Below, piece after piece: positions 33,184-38,772 of a stretch of 38,772 nucleotides of DNA (positions within the stretch are counted from its first letter, which is position 1; every line of letters starts with the position of its first letter). The DNA comes from Gemmatimonadota bacterium (lineage in GTDB: Bacteria > Gemmatimonadota > Gemmatimonadetes > Longimicrobiales > Longimicrobiaceae). The position numbers were made by a program, and so were the translations under genes. The stretch lies in the NCBI GenBank assembly GCA_019348265.1, contig JAHWJV010000001.1, positions 1 through 38,772 on the forward strand, in the 5' to 3' direction. The notes under the pieces are model-generated. The model made no database searches. It saw nothing but the letters and a program-made list of their open reading frames with translations, and was not told the origin of the DNA.

Positions 33184-35943
33184 ATGCGCAAACTCCCGCT
33201 GGTCGTCTCCGCCTTGCTCGTCCCGATGGTGGCGGCCCTCTCCGCCTTCGTCTCCTATCAGCCACAACCGCAGCAGACGCAGAAACCCGACGAGAGCCGC
33301 TTCACCCGCGTGGAGCTCGTTCCCGCGGGCGTGCTGAAGGAGCCCATGAACGTCGTGGTCCTCCCCGACAGCCGGGTCCTGATCGGCGAACGCAAGGGGG
33401 CCATCCAGATGTACGACCCGGTAACGAAGACGACGAAGACGGTCAACCAGATCGCCGTAAATCATACGCTCTACAACCCGTCCGGCCGCACCACCGCGGC
33501 GGAGGAGGGGCTGATCGGGATGTCGCTCGACCCTAACTTCCAGCAGAACCGCTGGCTGTGGCTGATTTTTGCCCACCCCACGATCGCCAAGCACACCCTG
33601 GCGCGCTACGTGGTGGACGGTGACTCGCTCTTCACGCGCTCGGAGAAGGTGGTGTTCGAGTGGGACTTCCAGCGGGAAACTTGCTGTCATACCGGCGGCG
33701 GGATGACCTGGGACCGGGATGGCAACCTTTACATCACTACCGGCAACAACCGCGGCAACGCGCCGGGCCGGAAGTCCCAGACCGACGAGCGCCCGGGGCG
33801 GGTCTACTGGGACGACCAGGGCGGGGCGGCGAACACCAACAGTCATACCGGCAAGATCCTTCGGATCCACCCGGAGCCGGACGGCAGCTACACCATCCCG
33901 CCCGGAAACATGTTCGCCCCGGGGACGCCGAACACCCTCCCCGAGATCTACACCATGGGACACCGCAACCCGTGGCGCCCGACGATCGACTCGCGGACGG
34001 GGATCCTCTACTGGGGGGAAATCGGCTCCGACGCGGGGGAAGCCTCGGACAGCACGGTCGAGGGGTACGACGAGTTCAACCAGGCCAGGGGCCCCGGCTT
34101 CTTCGGCTGGCCGTACTTCATCGGCCCCAACCGGGCGTATCCGATCACGGACTACATCAGGGGCCGGATCCTCCCGCCCAAGGACCCGGCGCGCCCGATC
34201 AACGAATCGCGCTGGAACAACGGCCTCCGGGAGCTGCCGCCGGCTCAGCCGGCCTTCATCGGCTACCCGTACGCCGCATCGGAGGAGTACCCGGAAGTGG
34301 GCAGCGGCGGACGCTGCGCGGTCGGCGGGCCCTTCTATCACCGGGCGGACTTCAAGCCGAACGCGGCGCGGCCCTGGCCGGCGTATTACGAAGGGAAGTG
34401 GATCACGGCGGATTGCGCGCGCAACTGGATCATGGCCATCACGCTGGACGACAACAGCAACTATAGGTCGATGGAGCGGTTCATGCCGACCTACAGTCCG
34501 GTGATCCCACTGGACATCGAATTCGGACCGGAGGGTGACCTGTACGTGCTCGAGTACGGCAGCCTCTGGTGGGGCGAGGGGCCGGACTCCAGGCTCGTGC
34601 GCATCGAGTACAATGCGGGGAACCGCGAGCCCGACGTGGAGATCTCCAGTAATACGACCGGTGGCAGGGTTCCGTTCGCCGTGACCCTCTCCTCGGCGGG
34701 GACGCGCGACCCGGACGACGACGCGCTCCGCTATGAGTGGCGCGTGACCCCCGCCAGCGGTGGCGCGGCCCGTATCTTCACCACGGCCAACCCCGAGGTA
34801 AACTTCGATCGGCCGGGCGTGTACGATGCCACGCTCACGGTCAGGGATCCAGCTGGCGCGACGGCCAGCAAATCGCTTCGGATCGTGGCGGGCAACTCGC
34901 CGCCCACCGTGGCGCTGAAGGTGGCAGGCGGGAACCAGAGCTTCTTCTTCCCCGGCCGTTCGATCCAGTACGCGGCGCAGGTGAGTGATCCCGAGGACGG
35001 CACGGTCGATCCGCAGAGGGTGGCGGTGAGCATCGACTACGTGCCGGCGAAGTTCGACGCCGCGGCGCTGCGGCATGGCGACCGGCCGGTCGACGCCACG
35101 ACCCGCTTCGCGGTGGCGCAGGCGCTGATGGGGCAGAGCGACTGCCGCTCGTGTCACACCGCGAGCCCGCCGCGGTCGCTGGGGCCCTCGTTCACGGAGA
35201 TCGCTACGAGGTACCAGGGTGACAACGCCGCGGTTGCGCGGCTGGTGACGAAGATACGGAACGGCGGCTCCGGTGCGTGGGGCGAGGTAGCCATGCCCGC
35301 GCACCCGGCGACCAGCGTGGCCGAGGCGACGGCGATGGCGCGATACATCCTCGCGAGCAACAGCACCTCCGTCGCGGGAAGGGCACTCAGCGGGAGCTAC
35401 ACGCCGGAGATTCCGGAGGGCGACGACGGCCACGGCTCCGTGATCATCCGGGCCGTGTACTCCGACCGCGGGGCGAACGGGTTCCCGAACCAGACGGGCG
35501 AGCGGATGCTGGTCCTCCGCAGCCCGACGGTGATCGCCGGGTCGGCTGAAATCGTCGAAAACACGCTCATAGAGGCGTCGAACCGTGGCGGCGGGCCTCT
35601 CGCGGCGCGGCCGCGTCCGAACGGACACATCGGCTTCCGGCAGCTCGATCTCACCGGGATCACGTCGCTCGACCTGACCGCCAGCCTGAATCCGCGGTAC
35701 GGAGAAACCGGAGGTACGATCGAGGTCCGCCTCGGCTCACCGACGGGCCAGCTTCTCGGCCAGACGGAGCTGGCGCCGGGACCGCAGCCCGCGATGGGTC
35801 AGCCAGTGCCGGCTCCGGTACCGAGGCGGGTGACGCTCACTGCGATGAGCGGGCGTCACGACCTTTACTTCGTGTTCAGGAACCCCGCCGCGAAGCCGAT
35901 CTCCCCGCTGATGACACTGGCGACGATCCGGTTCAATCAGTAG
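33184..35943 (+). CDS. Multidomain PQQ-dependent sugar dehydrogenase-like beta-propeller / PKD / c-type cytochrome / CBM6-like protein
   Basis: A signal or anchor segment is present. GSDH-type propeller motifs seen: EEGLIGMSLDPNF, LYITTGNN, HTGKILRI, YTMGHRNPWR. The PKD-like segment reads VPFAVTLSSAGTRDPDDDALRYEW...YDATLTVRD. The heme-binding site reads CRSCH with a downstream AMPAHP. The C-terminal sugar-binding-like module (DLYFVFRN) is a tentative call. Confidence 0.85.
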   Translation: MRKLPLVVSALLVPMVAALSAFVSYQPQPQQTQKPDESRFTRVELVPAGVLKEPMNVVVLPDSRVLIGERKGAIQMYDPVTKTTKTVNQIAVNHTLYNPSGRTTAAEEGLIGMSLDPNFQQNRWLWLIFAHPTIAKHTLARYVVDGDSLFTRSEKVVFEWDFQRETCCHTGGGMTWDRDGNLYITTGNNRGNAPGRKSQTDERPGRVYWDDQGGAANTNSHTGKILRIHPEPDGSYTIPPGNMFAPGTPNTLPEIYTMGHRNPWRPTIDSRTGILYWGEIGSDAGEASDSTVEGYDEFNQARGPGFFGWPYFIGPNRAYPITDYIRGRILPPKDPARPINESRWNNGLRELPPAQPAFIGYPYAASEEYPEVGSGGRCAVGGPFYHRADFKPNAARPWPAYYEGKWITADCARNWIMAITLDDNSNYRSMERFMPTYSPVIPLDIEFGPEGDLYVLEYGSLWWGEGPDSRLVRIEYNAGNREPDVEISSNTTGGRVPFAVTLSSAGTRDPDDDALRYEWRVTPASGGAARIFTTANPEVNFDRPGVYDATLTVRDPAGATASKSLRIVAGNSPPTVALKVAGGNQSFFFPGRSIQYAAQVSDPEDGTVDPQRVAVSIDYVPAKFDAAALRHGDRPVDATTRFAVAQALMGQSDCRSCHTASPPRSLGPSFTEIATRYQGDNAAVARLVTKIRNGGSGAWGEVAMPAHPATSVAEATAMARYILASNSTSVAGRALSGSYTPEIPEGDDGHGSVIIRAVYSDRGANGFPNQTGERMLVLRSPTVIAGSAEIVENTLIEASNRGGGPLAARPRPNGHIGFRQLDLTGITSLDLTASLNPRYGETGGTIEVRLGSPTGQLLGQTELAPGPQPAMGQPVPAPVPRRVTLTAMSGRHDLYFVFRNPAAKPISPLMTLATIRFNQ

Positions 35944-36150
35944 CTACGTGCCCGTTCGGGGTGCAGGAACGTCGAGAGTCCCACGCCGATCAGCACGCCC
36001 AAGCCGATCTAGCTCACCGCGCGGGCACGGGAGAGCTGCGGAAGGTGTCCCATTGCGGAATCGGCGGTCCCAGAACCGCACAGTGGACGCTCCGATCCAC
36101 GTCGGCTCTCTCTCGCGACCACCGGCCAAGCAGGGGGGAAAGAGCAGGAG

Positions 36151-36969
36151 CTACCCGGCGCGACGGAGGGCGCTCAGGGCGGCGGCGGCGGCGCGCGGCG
36201 CATCATGCGAGTGGCGCGACAGCTCGACCGCCGCGACCCCCTCGAAGTCGCGGAGCGCGATGAGGATCTCGCCCCAGGCGAGCTCGCCTTCGCCGATCTG
36301 CAGGTGGTCGTGCACACCGTTGCGACCGTCGTCCAGGTGCACATTCAAGAGCTCGGATCCATGCCGCCGAATGGCGGCGGCCGGCGAGATCGCCTCGGTG
36401 CAGGGCACATGGCCGGTGTCGAGTGTGAGGCCGAGCGAGGGGTGCGCCACGTGGTCCCGCAGCCGTTCCCACTGAGCCAGCGACTCCACCCACATTCCGG
36501 GCTCCGGCTCGAAGGCCACGCGGACGCCGAGGGCAGCAGCCGCGTCGCAGAGGCCGGCGACCCCTTCGGCAAGGAAGCGATCCGCATCCTCAGGCGGCGT
36601 CGCCTCCGGCTTCTGGCCAGACCAGATGGAGATCACACCGGCCCCGATCTCCGCGGCGATCTCTGCGCAGCGTCGAAGCAGCTCCGCACGAGCCGCGCGT
36701 CCGGCCGCATCCGGCTCCAGCAGGTTGGGGCGGTGCTTCCTGCGCGCGTCGAGAACGTAACGGGCGCCGGTCTCGATCACCGGTGTGAGGCCGAGACCCT
36801 CCAGGCGGCCGCGCAGCCTCCGCAGCTCCCTGGCGGAGGTGGCGAAGGGGGGTAGGTGGTGGACGTCCGGGGTGATGGAGATCGCGTCGTAGCCGAGCTC
36901 GGCGAGGATCTCCATCGCGTCGTCCAGCGCGTGGTGGGCGAAGCCGTTGGTGTTGTAGCCGATCAGCAT
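36151..36969 (-). CDS. Sugar phosphate isomerase/epimerase (xylose isomerase-like TIM barrel, 272 aa)
   Basis: MLIGYNTNGF N-terminus, FEPEPGMWVE, LGLTLDTGH and NVHLDD match the metal-ligand pattern of the AP_endonuc_2/xylose-isomerase-like fold. Start set at ATG 36969. Confidence 0.8.
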   Translation of the reverse strand: MLIGYNTNGFAHHALDDAMEILAELGYDAISITPDVHHLPPFATSARELRRLRGRLEGLGLTPVIETGARYVLDARRKHRPNLLEPDAAGRAARAELLRRCAEIAAEIGAGVISIWSGQKPEATPPEDADRFLAEGVAGLCDAAAALGVRVAFEPEPGMWVESLAQWERLRDHVAHPSLGLTLDTGHVPCTEAISPAAAIRRHGSELLNVHLDDGRNGVHDHLQIGEGELAWGEILIALRDFEGVAAVELSRHSHDAPRAAAAALSALRRAG

Positions 36970-37086
36970 AGCCGCCCGGAGCTGCCCTCTGTAAGTTCCC
37001 GGGCCGGGACGGCCGCGGCCGCGCCTCCCGAGACCCCCGCGTTCGGGGACGTCGATCTGACGGTTCAAATGGTTCGCTGCACTTGG

Positions 37087-38304
37087 ATGAGACTCCTTCT
37101 GCCGGGAACACCGCACCTCACGTACTGCACCAACATCCACCCGGGCGAGAGCTGGGCCGAGGTGCAGAGGAACCTGGAACGGTTCACCCTGCCGGTCAAG
37201 CAGGCGATCTCACCGGATCAGCCGTTCGGCGTCGGGTTGCGCCTGTCGGCGCGTGCCGCCGCCCAGCTCGCGATTCCTGCCGAGCTGGAAAGACTCCGGG
37301 AGTTCCTCCTTTCCAATGGGCTTTACGTCTTCACCTTCAACGGCTTTCCGTACGGGCCGTTCCACGGTGAGCCCGTGAAGGAAGAGGTCTACCTCCCGGA
37401 CTGGACGGACCCGGCGCGGCTGGATTACACCGATCGCCTGGCCGACATCATGGCGGCGCTGCTCCCGGGCGACGAGCAGGTGACGGGGACGATCAGCACG
37501 GTACCGGGGGCCTTTCGCGAAGCCGTCCGCTCGGAGACCACCGTCGAGATGATGGCGACCATGATCGCGCGGCACGCGGCGCATCTGTACAGGGTGGGCG
37601 AGGAGACTGGCCGACGTATCGCGCTGGCGTTGGAGCCGGAGCCCTGCTGCTATCTCGAGGTCACGGGAGATGCGGTCGATTTCTTCCAGGATCATCTCTG
37701 GCGGCGCTCGACCCTGCAGGTGTTCGAGGCGCTGACCGGCCTGAGCGGCGGATCCGCGGAAGAGTTCATGCGCGATCAGGTCGGGATCTGCTTCGACACC
37801 TGCCACATGGCGGTGGAGTACGAGGGGTGTGAGCCGGCGGTCCGCGCGCTACAGGGCGCGGGGATCCGCATCACGAAGGCGCAGATCACCGCGGGACTGG
37901 AGATCGCCTTCGACGGGACGCGGGAGGACGAGGCGCGCCTGACGGCGCTGCACGCTTTCGCGGAAGGCGTCTACCTGCACCAGGTGGTGGAGAAGCGAGG
38001 CGACGAGCTGCGGCGGCACGCGGATCTCCCGACGGCGCTGGAGCTGTGGTCGGCGGGGGACCTGCCGGAAGAGTGTCGCGTCCACTTCCACGTCCCGGTA
38101 TTCCGGGAGGAGCTCGGGCCCTTCCGTGGGACCCAGGGGTACGTGGCGGAGTTCCTGGAGCTGCTGCGCCGCGAGCCCGTCGCGCCGCACCTCGAGCTGG
38201 AGACGTACACCTGGGACGTGCTGCCGGAGGCGTACCGCCGGGAGAGCATCGTCGATGCCGTCGCAGGCGAGCTGCGCTGGGTGCTGGACCGCGTGCGTGG
38301 ATGA
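37087..38304 (+). CDS. eboE: EboE-like xylose-isomerase-fold TIM-barrel protein (405 aa)
   Basis: Motifs seen: HLTYCTNIHPGESW, ALEPEPCCYLE, CFDTCHMAVEYE, HFHVPVF. It is translationally coupled (ATGA) to a UbiA-type gene. The family assignment is from memory of EboE sequences and is not verified. ATG 37069 is an alternative start. Confidence 0.6.
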   Translation: MRLLLPGTPHLTYCTNIHPGESWAEVQRNLERFTLPVKQAISPDQPFGVGLRLSARAAAQLAIPAELERLREFLLSNGLYVFTFNGFPYGPFHGEPVKEEVYLPDWTDPARLDYTDRLADIMAALLPGDEQVTGTISTVPGAFREAVRSETTVEMMATMIARHAAHLYRVGEETGRRIALALEPEPCCYLEVTGDAVDFFQDHLWRRSTLQVFEALTGLSGGSAEEFMRDQVGICFDTCHMAVEYEGCEPAVRALQGAGIRITKAQITAGLEIAFDGTREDEARLTALHAFAEGVYLHQVVEKRGDELRRHADLPTALELWSAGDLPEECRVHFHVPVFREELGPFRGTQGYVAEFLELLRREPVAPHLELETYTWDVLPEAYRRESIVDAVAGELRWVLDRVRG

Positions 38305-38772
38305 GGTGGCGGACCTACCTGGAGCTCGGAAGGGTCTCCAACCTGCCGACCGTGTGGACCAACGCGCTGGCGGGGGCGGTGCTCGCGGGCGGCGTGGTGA
38401 CGCCCCAGGCGCTGGCAGCGCCCCTGCTCGCCGGAACGCTCTTCTACGTCGGTGGCATGTTCCTGAACGACGCGTTCGATCGGGAGATCGACCGGCGGGA
38501 ACGAGCGGACCGCCCGATCCCAACCGGGCGGATCAGCGCGGGCGAGGTTTTCGGCGCGGGCTTCGGTCTCCTGGCCGCAGGGTGGCTGCTCCTGTTGGCG
38601 CAGGTGGAAGCCTGGGGATACGGGAGCCGACGCGCCCTGCTCGCCGGAGCGGCTCTGGCGGGCGCGATCGTCCTGTACAACAGCTGGCACAAGGGCAATC
38701 CGCTCGGCCCCGTGCTGATGGGCATCTGCCGGGCGCTGCTGTATCTGACGGCGGGGCTTGCAGTGGCGGAGG
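38301..38772 (+). CDS. eboC: UbiA-superfamily prenyltransferase, EboC-like (5' partial, runs off the window)
   Basis: My own translation reads MRWRTYLELGRVSNLPTVWTNALAGAVLAGG...FYVGGMFLNDAFDREIDRRERADRPIPTGRIS...LYNSWHKGNPLGPVLMGICRALLYL. It carries the UbiA first Asp-rich motif NDxxDxxxD and several hydrophobic helices. It is absent from the ORF track because no stop occurs before the window end. Confidence 0.75.
   Translation, partial: MRWRTYLELGRVSNLPTVWTNALAGAVLAGGVVTPQALAAPLLAGTLFYVGGMFLNDAFDREIDRRERADRPIPTGRISAGEVFGAGFGLLAAGWLLLLAQVEAWGYGSRRALLAGAALAGAIVLYNSWHKGNPLGPVLMGICRALLYLTAGLAVAE

Noticed and set aside
33118-35628. 836-aa ORF on the minus strand
   Set aside because: It is entirely antisense to the well-supported PQQ-dehydrogenase/cytochrome c gene. 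Its Arg/Pro/Gly/Val-rich low-complexity composition is typical of off-frame ORFs in GC-rich DNA, and it has no recognisable motifs.
36856-37086. Upstream extension of the EboE-like ORF (482-aa version)
   Set aside because: The extension is antisense to the N-terminus of the divergent TIM-barrel gene. The conserved-looking N-terminus begins at ATG 37087 (or 37069).
1-38772. Search for tRNA, rRNA, tmRNA, transposase, integrase, toxin-antitoxin or defence-system genes
   Set aside because: No intergenic region contains a tRNA-like T-arm (GGTTCGAATCC-type) or rRNA-like sequence. Every large ORF with coding-like composition was assigned to the housekeeping or nutrient-uptake functions above.

Overview
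This is a visibly GC-rich bacterial chromosomal window of Gram-negative type. High GC plus a SusC/SusD pair under ECF-sigma/FecR control suggests Gemmatimonadota or a related FCB-group lineage, but that is only a guess. It has three parts. (1) Bases 264-22292 are one co-directional minus-strand housekeeping block. It holds a 64-aa ORF, then a tightly coupled dcw cluster mraZ-rsmH-ftsL-ftsI-murE-murF-mraY-murD-ftsW-murG-murC-ftsQ-ftsA-ftsZ with no murB or ddl, then an M23 peptidase, hisA, ftsY and recG. (2) Bases 22451-25116 hold divergent pfk and pyk. (3) Bases 25247-38772 are a mostly plus-strand accessory block. It holds a stand-alone TonB-receptor plug-domain lipoprotein and an ECF sigma / FecR anti-sigma / STN-SusC / SusD locus. 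These are followed by a 919-aa PQQ-propeller/PKD/cytochrome-c/CBM-like oxidoreductase. The block ends with a divergent pair of xylose-isomerase-like TIM-barrel genes, the second translationally coupled to a UbiA-type prenyltransferase cut by the window edge (ebo-like cluster). I recognised no rRNA, tRNA, CRISPR, transposase, integrase or defence genes. The least ordinary things I can see are listed here. Two AT-rich intergenic elements are built from tandem heptamers facing their own reverse complements (68-256 and 15168-15241). There is a partial ebo-like cluster, a plug-only lipoprotein, and a 211-nt ftsL/ftsI overlap. A textbook-looking triple MraZ operator sits upstream of mraZ. Many long ORFs in the six-frame track are off-frame or antisense artefacts of the high GC content and were rejected.
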